64,000 bases of DNA from Planctomycetota bacterium (GCA_022705325.1 JAKJER010000003.1:181419-245418); one strand, 5' to 3'. Shown: positions 12,544 to 22,490, numbered from the stretch's first letter. The notes: a model not told the origin generated them from the sequence alone. Translations and numbers: made by a program.

Positions 12544-13311
12544 TTAGCTCTTGAGGGCCCCGTCCGCCGGCGGCTCGGCCACCGGGAAGACGCCGTTGAA
12601 CATGCGGAACTCGGCCATCACCTGTTCAAGGGTCAGCCCATACTCCGCCAGCACGTCCTTGGCGGCGTTCTTGTTGAAGTCGGTGATCAGGCCCCGGCAG
12701 GCGTAGCACCGCCCGCCGTACGACGGGCACCAGGCGTTGCAGCCGGCCTTGGCGACCACGCCCATGCAGTACTCGCCCTTCTGGAAGAGGCAGACGTTCT
12801 CGCGCAGCTTGCACTCCACGCAGACCGGGTAGTCCGGGATCTGCGGGGTCCGCCCGGCCAGCACGCTCTTGACGACTTCCAGGAACTCCTGCTTGGGGAT
12901 GGGGCAGCCGTTGATCTTGACGTCGACCTTGATGGCGGCCTCGATGGGCAGGGCCGGGCTGGTCTCGTACCAGGAGGCGGCCTCGCCGTAGACCTTCTTC
13001 ATGGACTCGTCGATGCCTCGGAAGTTCTTGAGGACGTTGAGCCCGCCGGTGCAGGCGCAGGCGCCCAGGGCGACGACGATCTTGGCGCACTTGCGGATGT
13101 GCTCGAGGCGCTTGCGATCGCTCTCGCGGGTGAAGGCGCCCTCGATGAAGGCGATGTCATACTCGTCGCTCTTCTCGTCAATGGCCTCACGGAAGTTGAC
13201 GATGTCCACCGCGCCGACGATGCCCAGCAACTCGTCCTCGCAGTTGAGGACCTGGAGCTGGCAGCCTTCGCAGCTCGTGAAGTCGTGAAACGATACTCTC
13301 GGTTTTGCCAT
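12544..13311 (-). CDS. hyhS: [NiFe]-hydrogenase small (delta) subunit, group 3b type
   Basis: The N-terminus is MAKPRVSFHDFTSCEGCQ. Further Cys clusters (GACACTGG, CVECK, GCNAWCPSYGGRCYACRG) fit FeS ligands. I prefer ATG 13311, which lies 3 nt after the hyhG stop, over the track start at 13422. Confidence 0.85.
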   Translation of the reverse strand: MAKPRVSFHDFTSCEGCQLQVLNCEDELLGIVGAVDIVNFREAIDEKSDEYDIAFIEGAFTRESDRKRLEHIRKCAKIVVALGACACTGGLNVLKNFRGIDESMKKVYGEAASWYETSPALPIEAAIKVDVKINGCPIPKQEFLEVVKSVLAGRTPQIPDYPVCVECKLRENVCLFQKGEYCMGVVAKAGCNAWCPSYGGRCYACRGLITDFNKNAAKDVLAEYGLTLEQVMAEFRMFNGVFPVAEPPADGALKS

Positions 13312-13313
13312 AG

Positions 13314-14162
13314 TTAGATTCCTTCTCGAAGCCGCATGACCTCGGCGTAGTTGAAAATGGGCCCTTCCTGGCAGACGTAGACGTTGCGGATCTGGCAGTG
13401 CCCGCACTTGCCCAGCCCGCACTTCATCCGGCGCTCCAGGGAGCAGTAGATGCTGGTCTTTCGCAGACCCATCGCCAGGGCCTCCAGGACCGCGAACTTG
13501 AACATGATGGGCGGGCCGATGATGAAGGCGGCCGTGTTGGCCGGGTCCACCTTGGGCATCTTGCGGAACAGGGTGGTGATCACGCCCGTGTTGCCCTTCC
13601 AGTTCTCGTCGCCGCGGTCGACGGTCATCAGGAAGGTGGAGTCCTTACGCTGGGCCCAGGCTTCCAGGTCCTTGGTGAACAGCAGGTCCGCCGGCGTGCG
13701 GGCGCCGTAGAGGATAGTGACGTTGCGGAACTTCTCACGGTGGTTCAGGGCGTCCAGAATGAAGCTGCGGCAGGGCGCCAAACCAAGACCGCCGGCCACG
13801 AACAGCAGGTCCTTGCCGGCCACCTTGTCCATGTCAAAACCGTTTCCGAACGCGCCTCGCAGGCCGACCGTCTGCCCGACCTGCAGCGTGTGCAGGGCGT
13901 TGGTGACGTCGCCGACCGCCCGGATGCACATTTCCAGGTCGCCGCGCTTGCCCGGGGCCGAGCAGATCGAAATGGGCGCCTCGCCCACGCCGAACACGCT
14001 GACTTCCATGAACTGGCCGGCGGCGTACTGAATGCCCTGGCCGTCGGCAAACTCGAAGCGGAACCAGGCTTCCTTGGGGGTGAACTTGCAGGCCTCGGCA
14101 ACCGTGGCCACACGGGGCAGGTACGGAGAGGCCGACGCTGGATTGCTCATTGTCATCGTCAT
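13314..14162 (-). CDS. hyhG: Hydrogenase gamma subunit (FAD/NAD(P)-binding oxidoreductase with 2Fe-2S)
   Basis: 282 aa with a ferredoxin-NADP reductase-like fold (LLFVAGGLGLAPCRSF). The C-terminal cluster motif is CGLGKCGHCQ...C, as in sulfhydrogenase gamma / PyrK-like subunits. Confidence 0.85.
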   Translation of the reverse strand: MTMTMSNPASASPYLPRVATVAEACKFTPKEAWFRFEFADGQGIQYAAGQFMEVSVFGVGEAPISICSAPGKRGDLEMCIRAVGDVTNALHTLQVGQTVGLRGAFGNGFDMDKVAGKDLLFVAGGLGLAPCRSFILDALNHREKFRNVTILYGARTPADLLFTKDLEAWAQRKDSTFLMTVDRGDENWKGNTGVITTLFRKMPKVDPANTAAFIIGPPIMFKFAVLEALAMGLRKTSIYCSLERRMKCGLGKCGHCQIRNVYVCQEGPIFNYAEVMRLREGI

Positions 14163-14180
14163 GAATTTCCCTTTCTGGGC

Positions 14181-15233
14181 TTAGATCTCCGCCGCTGCCT
14201 CATCGGCGATCTGCTGGAAGGTCTCGAGAATGGAGATGCCGGCCACGCAATGGGTCGAACACCGCCCGCAGCCGACGCAACCCGGCTTGCCCGTCCGCTC
14301 GAGGATGAACTTCCCCTTGCGGAAGACGCGGTGTCGCAGACGGCTGTCAGCGTGCTCGCGGAAGTTCTCGCCGCCGGCGACTTCGGCGAAAACGCGGAGT
14401 TGACAGGAATCCCAGCTTCGCACGCGCTCGCCGCTGGCGGCGTCCAGGCCCAGCTTGTCCTGCACGTCGAAGCAGTAGCAGGTCGGGCAGACGTTGGTGC
14501 AGCTTCCGCAGCTGAAGCAACGACGAGCGACGGCGTTCCACAGCAGCGAGTCGTAGCTGTTGGCCAGAAGCTCGGGCAGGTAACGGGCGTCGTAGGGCAG
14601 CCGCTTGGAGCAGGCCGCCGCCTTGGCCTTGTCGAAGGCGACCTTGGCGGCGTGATCGTCGCTCTTGGCGGGGCTGAAGCCGGCGCACTTGGTGATCATC
14701 GCCTGCCCGGCCTCGCTGCCGACTTCGACGAACCAGCGATCGCCCAGGTCGGTCAGGAACAGGTCCCAACCGGAAGCAGGCGCATCGAGCGTGTCCATGT
14801 CGGCCATGAACTGGTAGTCGTTGGCGTACTGGGCGACGTTCAGGCCGACGATCTTCGTGACGGCCCGCTTGGCCTGGTAGTACGGGTCGGCGGGGTCCTT
14901 GGCCATGGCGGCATCGAGGGTGGCGATGGCGTGGAGGTCCATCGGCTGCACGCCCAGGATGACGGTGGGCTTGGCCTGCACCTGGGGCTGGACATTCTCG
15001 GGCCCTCGCCCGCCGAAGCTCAACAGCGTCTCTCGCTGGGGCATCAGGAACTTCTTGGGCGGCAGGATGGACAGGTCGTAGTCCATGCGGATGGCGGCCT
15101 GGTCCTCGGGCGTCTGGACCTCCTGGAAGGCGAAGGCCGGCCCCTTGGCCATGGGCGCCACGACCCGGTTGTCGGCGCTCAGGCTGCCGACAAACTCATC
15201 AAACTTCGACTTTGGAAGTATCTGCGGAAGCAT
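14181..15233 (-). CDS. hyhB: Hydrogenase beta subunit (4Fe-4S protein)
   Basis: Two ferredoxin-type motifs are present, CFSCGSCTNVCPTCYC and CVGCGRCSTHCV. The preferred start is ATG 15233 (MLPQILPKSKFDEF). The track start at 15275 is also possible. Confidence 0.8.
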   Translation of the reverse strand: MLPQILPKSKFDEFVGSLSADNRVVAPMAKGPAFAFQEVQTPEDQAAIRMDYDLSILPPKKFLMPQRETLLSFGGRGPENVQPQVQAKPTVILGVQPMDLHAIATLDAAMAKDPADPYYQAKRAVTKIVGLNVAQYANDYQFMADMDTLDAPASGWDLFLTDLGDRWFVEVGSEAGQAMITKCAGFSPAKSDDHAAKVAFDKAKAAACSKRLPYDARYLPELLANSYDSLLWNAVARRCFSCGSCTNVCPTCYCFDVQDKLGLDAASGERVRSWDSCQLRVFAEVAGGENFREHADSRLRHRVFRKGKFILERTGKPGCVGCGRCSTHCVAGISILETFQQIADEAAAEI

Positions 15234-16725
15234 CTTGGGTCCTTTCTTTGCCCGCCTGCGGCGGGCGGCGTTCACAAGACTCGGAATTCAAGCTCGCATT
15301 GCGATCAGTTGGGGGATGAGAATCGTCCGTGTCGCCCGCCGCAGTTTCGCCCGGTGCGCCCTGCACCTGGGCCAGCGGAAGAAGCACGGTTACGGTGGTG
15401 CCTTCTCCGTGCGTGCTGGACAGGCTTACGCGCCCGCCCAGCCGCTGGACCACCGTCTGCACGATGGGCAGACCCAGTCCGGTCCCGCCGGCCAACTGCC
15501 TGGCCTGGGGGGCGCGGTGGAACTCGTGGAACACCTGCTCCTGCTGGACGGGGGCGATGCCGATGCCGGTGTCAGCGACCACCAGTTCGGCCCGGTCCCC
15601 TGGCAGTCGCCTCAAGGTCACGTCCACCCGTCCGCCGGACAGGGTGTACTTGAGGGCATTGGACAGGAGGTTCTGGACCACCACCGCCAGGGCGTCGCTC
15701 CAGGCCTGTACGTACAGCGGCCCGTCCTCGGTGTGGACCGTGAGGGCGAGCCCCTTGTCGCGGGCCTGGGCCTTCAACGGGTCGACCGCCTCCGCCAGCA
15801 CCGACGCGAGGTCCACGCTCGACCGATTGCGGATCTCCACGCCGTTCTCGCGGACGGTGGACAGCAGCAGCATTTCGTCCATCTGCTCCACCAGTTCGCT
15901 CGCCCGGTCGCGGATGCGTCGGGCCAGGGCCGCCTGGCGGTCCGCCAGCGGGCTCACCGTCTCCATCGCGCCCAGCATGGAATGAATGGCCGCCACGTTG
16001 CCGCGAAGCTGGTGGCTGGAGAGCCTCAGGAAGCGGCTCTTGGTGCGGTCCAGCTCGGCCAGTTCCTCGTTGGCCCGGGTGAGCCGACGGTTGATGTTTC
16101 GCAGCCGTGACAGGATCGACCGGGTGAACCAGACGCTCAGCAGAAGCAACGCCCACCAGAAGGCCCCGGCCAGAAGAACCAGCGCGTTGTGGGCGACGGC
16201 CCCGGCGTGAGGCGAGCCCTGCCACTGCCCGGTCCAGAATGCCCCGCAGACCCACGCCCCGGCCAAACCGGCCTGAACGTAGGAGTCTCGCGAGGGCAGC
16301 AGGCTGGCCCCCACCGCGACGTGGAAGACCAGGATGGCGGCCAGGAACCATACGTCGGTGAAGGCGACCAGGAAGCCCAGCATGGCCAGATCCAGGGCCA
16401 TTTGGACGTTGGTTACGACGCGGACGAAGCGTCCGACCTGGGCCGGGTCGTGCCGCTCGCAGCGGCCGAGCACCCACCACATCAGGGCGCTGTGCAGGGC
16501 CATCAGGCCCGCCACCGTCAGCAGGGCTGCCGGGGTGGCCTGGGCGGCGTCCCAGGGGCGCACCGCCCGCACCCACACCGCGGCGGCGCCCAGCACCGCC
16601 AAGGCGCCCGCGTAGAACCAGCGCAGCACAACCAGCCACTGCACGCGGGCGACCAGGACGGCCACAAAGCTCGGCGTGAGCACCGGGTCGACGGGGCGGG
16701 AGGATGTCGCGGGGGCCTGGCTCAT
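15199..16725 (-). CDS. Membrane sensor histidine kinase
   Basis: 508 aa. The N-terminal ~190 aa have about six hydrophobic helices. Kinase motifs are the H-box LSSHQLRGNVAAIHS, N-box NLLSNALKYT, G1 DTGIGI and G2 GTGLGL. The stop codon at 15199-15201 overlaps the hyhB start region. Confidence 0.85.
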   Translation of the reverse strand: MSQAPATSSRPVDPVLTPSFVAVLVARVQWLVVLRWFYAGALAVLGAAAVWVRAVRPWDAAQATPAALLTVAGLMALHSALMWWVLGRCERHDPAQVGRFVRVVTNVQMALDLAMLGFLVAFTDVWFLAAILVFHVAVGASLLPSRDSYVQAGLAGAWVCGAFWTGQWQGSPHAGAVAHNALVLLAGAFWWALLLLSVWFTRSILSRLRNINRRLTRANEELAELDRTKSRFLRLSSHQLRGNVAAIHSMLGAMETVSPLADRQAALARRIRDRASELVEQMDEMLLLSTVRENGVEIRNRSSVDLASVLAEAVDPLKAQARDKGLALTVHTEDGPLYVQAWSDALAVVVQNLLSNALKYTLSGGRVDVTLRRLPGDRAELVVADTGIGIAPVQQEQVFHEFHRAPQARQLAGGTGLGLPIVQTVVQRLGGRVSLSSTHGEGTTVTVLLPLAQVQGAPGETAAGDTDDSHPPTDRNASLNSESCERRPPQAGKERTQDASADTSKVEV

Positions 16726-16741
16726 GGACGATCGGGCAATC

Positions 16742-17125
16742 CTACTTCAGCACCGTCTGGATCTTCTTCTGGAGCTGGGCCATGTCCAGCGGCTTGCGAA
16801 GGAAGCCCTGAACGGGCAGGAAGTCGCCGGCCTTGTCCGGCTCGAGCACCTCGCCCGTCTTCTCCTCGATGCAGGTAATCATGAGGATGGGAACGTCCTT
16901 GGTCTGGGGGTTCTCGCGGATCTTGTAGGCCAGGTGGAAACCTTCGGTGTCGGTTTCCATCATCACGTCCAGCAGGATGAGGTCGACAGCCTGCTTGTCC
17001 AGCAGCGCCATGGCCTCGGCCCCGCTGCTGGCGCCGACCACTTCGTAGCCGGCGCCGCTGAGCATGATCTGCGTCGCGTCCCGCAGGTCGGGGTCATCGT
17101 CAACGATCAGGATCTTCTTCGCCAT
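16742..17125 (-). CDS. Single-domain response regulator (CheY-like receiver only)
   Basis: 127 aa. Motifs are ILIVDDDPD, the phospho-acceptor context LILLDVMM and a conserved K in LRKP. There is no output domain. Confidence 0.9.
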   Translation of the reverse strand: MAKKILIVDDDPDLRDATQIMLSGAGYEVVGASSGAEAMALLDKQAVDLILLDVMMETDTEGFHLAYKIRENPQTKDVPILMITCIEEKTGEVLEPDKAGDFLPVQGFLRKPLDMAQLQKKIQTVLK

Positions 17126-17181
17126 TCAGGGACTCCTTCTCTGGTATTGGGACGGCCTTCGTAGCCGTCTTCCGTCTTGTC

Positions 17182-18201
17182 TTAACAGATCCGGGGCAAC
17201 TCCTCACCGTAAGGCATCTGCACGATCCGCCGACCACCGGCGGCGGTTGCCAATTCCACAATGGGACTCTCGCCGGCCGGGCCAATCGTCCCGATGACCG
17301 CCGCTCGCGAGCCGATCGCGTGTCGCCGCATCACGTCCACCGCGCGCCGGGCGGCGCCCTCGGCCACCACCGCCACCAGCTTGCCCTCGTTGGCTACCTG
17401 GAGCAGGTCCAGCCCGAGCATCTCGGCGGCCGAGCGGGCCGTCCGATGAGCGGGGATGGCCGACTCCTCGATCTCGATGTCCACGCCGCGCGACTCGGCG
17501 ATGTCCGCCAGCACGGCAGCCAGCCCGCTGCGGGTAGGGTCGCGCATGAAGCGGAGGTTCTCGCCCAACTCGTCCAGCAGGTCGCTCACCAGTTCGTGCA
17601 GCGGGGCGCAATCGCTGACCAGGTCGGCGGTAAAGCTCAGGCCTTTGCGCTGACTCATGACGGCCAGTCCGTGCTCGCCCAGCGGACCCGACAGGACGAC
17701 GCGATCGCCACTCTGGATGCGATCGAAACCCAGGCGGACGTCGGCGCCAATCAGGCCGACGCCGGAGGTATTGACGATGATCCCGTCGAGGGCGCTTCGC
17801 TCGACGACCTTGGTGTCGCCCGTGACGACGCGGATGCCGGCCTGGCGGGCCTGGCGCCCCGCGGAGTCCAGCACGCGCTGGAGCAGGTCGATCTCCAGAC
17901 CTTCCTGGAGGACCAGTCCCATGCTCAGGGCCAGCGGCTTGGCGCCGCAGACGGCCAGGTCGTTGATCGTGCCGCAGACAGCCAGCTTGCCGATGTCTCC
18001 GCCGGGAAACTCCAGCGGCTGGACGACGTACATGTCGGTCGTGAAGGCCAGCCGCCCGCCGCCGGTCTCCAGCACGGCGGCATCCGCCAGCGCGTGCGGA
18101 TCCTGGCCCCCGCCCAGCGCGGGCAGGATCACGTCGCGGATCAACTCGGCGGTCAGTTGACCTCCTCCGCCGTGTGCCAGTTGAATGCGGCTGGTATCCA
18201 C
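17182..18201 (-). CDS. hypE: Hydrogenase maturation protein HypE
   Basis: The protein has an AIR-synthase-like fold and the C-terminus ends ...PYGEELPRIC (HypE PRIC motif). The start is assigned to GTG 18201, which overlaps the hypD TAG stop by 1 nt (tagtg). The 641-aa track ORF extends upstream out of the conserved region. Confidence 0.9.
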   Translation of the reverse strand: MDTSRIQLAHGGGGQLTAELIRDVILPALGGGQDPHALADAAVLETGGGRLAFTTDMYVVQPLEFPGGDIGKLAVCGTINDLAVCGAKPLALSMGLVLQEGLEIDLLQRVLDSAGRQARQAGIRVVTGDTKVVERSALDGIIVNTSGVGLIGADVRLGFDRIQSGDRVVLSGPLGEHGLAVMSQRKGLSFTADLVSDCAPLHELVSDLLDELGENLRFMRDPTRSGLAAVLADIAESRGVDIEIEESAIPAHRTARSAAEMLGLDLLQVANEGKLVAVVAEGAARRAVDVMRRHAIGSRAAVIGTIGPAGESPIVELATAAGGRRIVQMPYGEELPRIC

Positions 18202-19295
18202 TATCGTTTCCTTGCGGGCATTTCGTACTTGAAGGCGGCGGCGCAAGCCCCTTCCGACGAGACCATGCACGGCCCGACCGGATCCCGCACGGTGCATCGC
18301 CGGGCGAACAAGGGGCACTCGGACGGGTGCAACCGTCCGCAGATCACGTCGCCGCATCGACAGCCGGGCATCTCGTAGCTTTCTTCGGCCGGCAGATCGA
18401 AGCGGCGCTCGGCGTCGAACTCGGCCCATTCGTCGCGCAAAGCCATTCCGCTGGCGGGAATGACGCCCAGTGCCCTCCAAGGCGCGTCGACGATCTCGAA
18501 GACCTCGTCCAGCACCTCTCGGGCGCGGGCGTTGCCCTCGCGGGAGACGCTCGGATAGACCGTCATGGCCCGGGGCTCGCCGGCCGACAGCTCGTCCAGA
18601 ATCTCCAGCACGCCCAGTAGGACCTGCTGGGGATCGAAGCCCGCGACCACGCAAGGCCGGCCGTAGTCGCGGACGATCTGGTCGTAGGCCCCGTAGCCGA
18701 GGATCACGCTGACGTGACCCGGGCAGAGGAAGGCGTCGATCTTGACGTCGCCGCCGGCCAGCAGGGCATTCATGGCGGGCAGGACCCACTTGTGGGCGGT
18801 CAGGACGCTGAAATTCCGGAGCCCTTCCTGTCGCGCATCGCGCACCGCCAGGGCCGTCCCCGGGGCGGTGGTCTCGAAGCCCACGCCGAGGAACACCACC
18901 TCGTGATCGGCGTGTTGGCGGGCCAGATCCAGCGCCTGCTGAATGGAGTAGACGACCTCGACGCGGGCGCCGACGGCGCGGGCCTCGCTCAGCGAACCCT
19001 GGCGTCCCGGCACGCGGACCATGTCGCCGTAGGTGGCTACGATAATGTCGGGGCGGTTTCGGGCCAGGCCAACTGCGCGGTCGATGTAGGACTGGTCGGT
19101 GACGCAAACGGGGCAGCCGGGTCCGCTCACGAGTCGGATGTCGGCGGGTTGAAGTATCGTTCTCAGCCCCCCTCGCGCAATAGCCATGGTGTGGGTGCCG
19201 CAGACCTCCATGATCTGGACGCCACCCATGTCCCGCGCCAGCCGCAATGCGGAGGCGTGAATTTTTTCACAAATGTCTGTGCAACCCGTCGTCAT
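18201..19295 (-). CDS. hypD: Hydrogenase maturation protein HypD
   Basis: 364 aa with HypD motifs MEVCGTHT, GPGCPVCVT and FLCPGHVS. Confidence 0.92.
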   Translation of the reverse strand: MTTGCTDICEKIHASALRLARDMGGVQIMEVCGTHTMAIARGGLRTILQPADIRLVSGPGCPVCVTDQSYIDRAVGLARNRPDIIVATYGDMVRVPGRQGSLSEARAVGARVEVVYSIQQALDLARQHADHEVVFLGVGFETTAPGTALAVRDARQEGLRNFSVLTAHKWVLPAMNALLAGGDVKIDAFLCPGHVSVILGYGAYDQIVRDYGRPCVVAGFDPQQVLLGVLEILDELSAGEPRAMTVYPSVSREGNARAREVLDEVFEIVDAPWRALGVIPASGMALRDEWAEFDAERRFDLPAEESYEMPGCRCGDVICGRLHPSECPLFARRCTVRDPVGPCMVSSEGACAAAFKYEMPARKR

Positions 19296-19432
19296 CGTCT
19301 CTGCGCCCTGGATTCTCTATCTCGGCGGTTGGCCTGCCCCCGCGGTTGCAGACGCCCACCCCGGCCAACGCCAACCCCCCGGCGTGATGCCGCTTGACCG
19401 TCCGTAGCCAAACACTTCTCTCCGCTGTCGCT

Positions 19433-19669
19433 TCACCCTGCCTCGCTCGTCGCGGCAGCATCCATCTGCCGCAGCAGGTCGTACGTAGCCAATGCATCCG
19501 CCTCGTCCAGCACCGTGATCGCATAGCCTGCGTGCACGAGCACCCAGTCGCCGATCTTGGCCTCCGGAACGAGCGTCAAAACAACATTCGTGCGGCTGCC
19601 GTCCAAGACGACCGTCGCACGATCATGCTCATTCATTGTCTCGATCTGGGCTGGAATGGCAAGGCACAT
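19433..19669 (-). CDS. hypC: Hydrogenase assembly chaperone HypC
   Basis: 78 aa starting MCLAIPAQI, the essential N-terminal Cys of the HypC/HupF family. The ATG at 19669 lies inside the 115-aa track ORF. Confidence 0.85.
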   Translation of the reverse strand: MCLAIPAQIETMNEHDRATVVLDGSRTNVVLTLVPEAKIGDWVLVHAGYAITVLDEADALATYDLLRQMDAAATSEAG

Positions 19670-19814
19670 TTTGCGATTTTTTCCTCTCGACCGAATGCAA
19701 GTCGTCCTTTTGTACGTCATGGGACCGCCGAGGTCCACTGGATTTCCAGAAAAGCACCCCGCAGATCGGGCGTGCAGCATCTGTCCCCCCCCGTCCGCAC
19801 TGGAAGTTCGCCGA

Positions 19815-22199
19815 CTATCCGCTATGCCTCCTGTCGCCGCGGCGATCGCCGCCCGCGCTCCGGCGGGCAGCCGCGATCACCGCCTGACCCAGGGCCACCC
19901 CCGCATCGTTGCACGGAATCTGCCGGTGGGTCAGCACGGTAAAGCTCATCGCCTTCAGTCTCGCCTCCAGGCGCGTGGCCAGGTACCGGTTGATGAAGCA
20001 CCCCCCCGACAGGGCGACCACGTCCAGGCCGGTCTCGGCCCGGGCTCGACCGGCCCCGTCGGCCAGGAAGGCCACCGCCGTGTTGTGGAACTTGGCCGAG
20101 ATCAATCCGATGTCGGCGCCGGCGTCGGCGTCGGCGACGATCTGCTCGACCATGGGTCGCAGGTCGATGACGAAGGGTCCTCCGGCGGTCACACGGTAGC
20201 TGTAGCAGTCGGCGATGCCCTGACGGGCGGCGACTTCCAGGCGCGCAGGCGCCTGGGCCTCGTAGGCGTTGCGGTCGGCGATCCGACAGAAGGCAGCCAC
20301 CGCATCGAACCATCGCCCCAGCGAACTGCTGGGCGGACAGTTCACGCCAATGGAGAGCATCTCCACGGCGTTGCGCACGGCCTCGCGGGCGGCCTCCAGC
20401 TTGCGCGCGATGTCCATCTCCATGCACTCGGGCCCGAAGGCGTCGAACAGGGCCGCCACAGCCGGACGGTAGGTCTCGACGGCCGCGGCGTCGCCCCCCA
20501 CCAGGGGCAAGTACCGCAGGTGGCCCAGTCGCTCGTAGGTGCACAGGTCGGCACGGAAGATCTCGCAGCCCCAATTGGCCCCGTCGTCGCCATGGCCCGT
20601 GCCGTCGCAGGCGATGCCGATGACCGGGGCGGTGTGCCCGTTCTCCGCCAGGCACGAGACCACGTGGGCGTGGTGGTGCTGAACGCGGGCGATGGGGATG
20701 GCCCAGCGCCCGGCCAGTTCGCCGTGATGGCGCCTCACCGCGTACTCGGTGGACAGGTAATGCGGGTGCATGTCGCAGGCCACCAACTCGGGGGTGACGT
20801 CGTACAGGGCCTCCAGGTGGCTGACAGTGTCGATGAACTGGCGATAGGTGCGCCCGTCCTTGAGGTCGCCGATGTGCTCGCTGAGCACCGCGTGGTCGCC
20901 TTTAAGCAGGCAGATGGTGTTCTTTAACTCGCCGCCGACAGCCAGAACGGCCGGGCCGCCGGCCACGGGGGCGGCCAGGCGGACGGGCTGGGGCGCGTAG
21001 CCGCGAGCGCGGCGGACGACAATCAGTTGACCGTCGTCTCTCCCGAGCACGACGCTGTCGTCCACACGGCGTTCGATGCGACGGTTGTGGAGCATGAGGG
21101 CGTCGGCGATGCGCCCGAGGTGCGCGATGGCCGAGTCGTTGTCTTTGACCAGGGGCTCGTCGCTGTAGTTTCCGCTGGTCATCACCAGGGGGCCCAGCCC
21201 CTGCTGGAAAAGCAGATGATGCAGGGGCGCGTAGGGCAGCATGACGCCCAGCGTGTTGAGGCCCTGGGCGACGGAAGCAGCCACTCGATCGCCGTCTTTG
21301 TTCACGGGCAGGATCACGATCGGCCGTAGCGACCCGCTCAGCAGCTTACGGGCCTCGCCGGTCAGGCGCACCAGACGCCCGGCCTGCTCGATGTCGGCGA
21401 CCATGATGGCGAAGGGCTTGGCGTCGCGGCGTTTCCGTTGTCGCAGGCGGCGGACGACGTGGTCGTCGTCGGCCCGGCAGACCAGGTGAAAACCGCCCAG
21501 GCCTTTGATGGCCAGTATCTTGCCCTCCTGCAGCATCCGGGCCGCCGAGGCGATCGGGTCATTGGAAGGAATCTGCTGGCCGCGCGTGTCCACCAGCCAG
21601 ACCGCCGGACCGCACTTCTCGCAGGCGGTCGGCTGGGCGTGGAAACGCCGGCTCGACGGGTCGCCGTACTCGCTCGCGCACGCCGGGCACAGGGCGAAGT
21701 CCGCCATCGTCGTGTTCGGGCGGTCATACGGAATCCGCGTCACGATGCTGTATCGCGGGCCGCAGTTGGTGCAGTTGATGAACGGGTACTTGTATCGCGG
21801 GTCGCCCGGGGCGTTCATCTCCCGCAGGCAGTCGCCGCAGGTGGCCGTGTCCACCGTCACCTGGGCGTCGGCGATTTCGCCCCCTTCGCTGGCGAGGATC
21901 TCGAAGTGTTTCTCGCCCACGATGACCTCGGCCGGAAGTTGGCTGCACCGGTCGATGGCCGCCAGCGGGGGCGACTCCTCCTGAAGCCGTCGGACGAACT
22001 CGGTCAGGCGATCGGGACTTCCCTGGACCTGGATGCTGACGCCGCGGGCGTCGTTGAGCACCCAACCGGTCAGGTGCAGTTCGCTGGCCAGGCGGTACGC
22101 GAAGGGACGAAACCCCACCCCCTGGACCTGCCCGGTGACGAACAGACAGGTCCGCTGGAGATCACCCGAAAGCTTCTGGATATTGGCCACGGTAGTCAC
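19815..22199 (-). CDS. hypF: Carbamoyltransferase HypF
   Basis: 794 aa. It has an acylphosphatase-like N-terminus (VQGVGFRPFAYRLA) and two zinc-finger pairs (CGDCLRE..CTNCGPRYS; CPACASEY..CEKCGP). YrdC-like and Kae1-like C-terminal parts follow. Confidence 0.93.
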   Translation of the reverse strand: MTTVANIQKLSGDLQRTCLFVTGQVQGVGFRPFAYRLASELHLTGWVLNDARGVSIQVQGSPDRLTEFVRRLQEESPPLAAIDRCSQLPAEVIVGEKHFEILASEGGEIADAQVTVDTATCGDCLREMNAPGDPRYKYPFINCTNCGPRYSIVTRIPYDRPNTTMADFALCPACASEYGDPSSRRFHAQPTACEKCGPAVWLVDTRGQQIPSNDPIASAARMLQEGKILAIKGLGGFHLVCRADDDHVVRRLRQRKRRDAKPFAIMVADIEQAGRLVRLTGEARKLLSGSLRPIVILPVNKDGDRVAASVAQGLNTLGVMLPYAPLHHLLFQQGLGPLVMTSGNYSDEPLVKDNDSAIAHLGRIADALMLHNRRIERRVDDSVVLGRDDGQLIVVRRARGYAPQPVRLAAPVAGGPAVLAVGGELKNTICLLKGDHAVLSEHIGDLKDGRTYRQFIDTVSHLEALYDVTPELVACDMHPHYLSTEYAVRRHHGELAGRWAIPIARVQHHHAHVVSCLAENGHTAPVIGIACDGTGHGDDGANWGCEIFRADLCTYERLGHLRYLPLVGGDAAAVETYRPAVAALFDAFGPECMEMDIARKLEAAREAVRNAVEMLSIGVNCPPSSSLGRWFDAVAAFCRIADRNAYEAQAPARLEVAARQGIADCYSYRVTAGGPFVIDLRPMVEQIVADADAGADIGLISAKFHNTAVAFLADGAGRARAETGLDVVALSGGCFINRYLATRLEARLKAMSFTVLTHRQIPCNDAGVALGQAVIAAARRSAGGDRRGDRRHSG

Positions 22200-22490
22200 G
22201 CGCCTCCGGGGACATTGTACAGACCGCCCGTGCCCCCAACCAAGCCAATCTGCGAAGCCGGGCGGGAACGCCTCTCACGTGGTGATATGTTTGTCGCCCC
22301 CGCAGGGCTCGCGTGCCGCCCGGGGGCATCGGGACGGAACGGTCCGGCAGACTCTTCGGTTCCGCCCGTCGTCTGCCTTCGCCCGCCGATTCGCGGAATC
22401 GCGCGATCCCCCCCCTTCCGTTCGTGGGCTGGTTCGACTATCCTGTCCGTCCAGTCACCGGGTCACTTCCGGACCTCTCAGGAGACCGAC

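Noticed and set aside
17182-19107. The 641-aa track ORF covering hypE, and similar over-long ORFs: 21438..23333, 27019..29055, 30195..31805, 43995..45029, 12544..13422, 24827..25468, 35674..36918.
   Set aside because: The upstream portions are Arg/Pro/Gly-rich read-through overlapping the neighbouring real gene in another frame. Conserved family N-termini and RBS-like sequences identify the internal starts given in the feature list.
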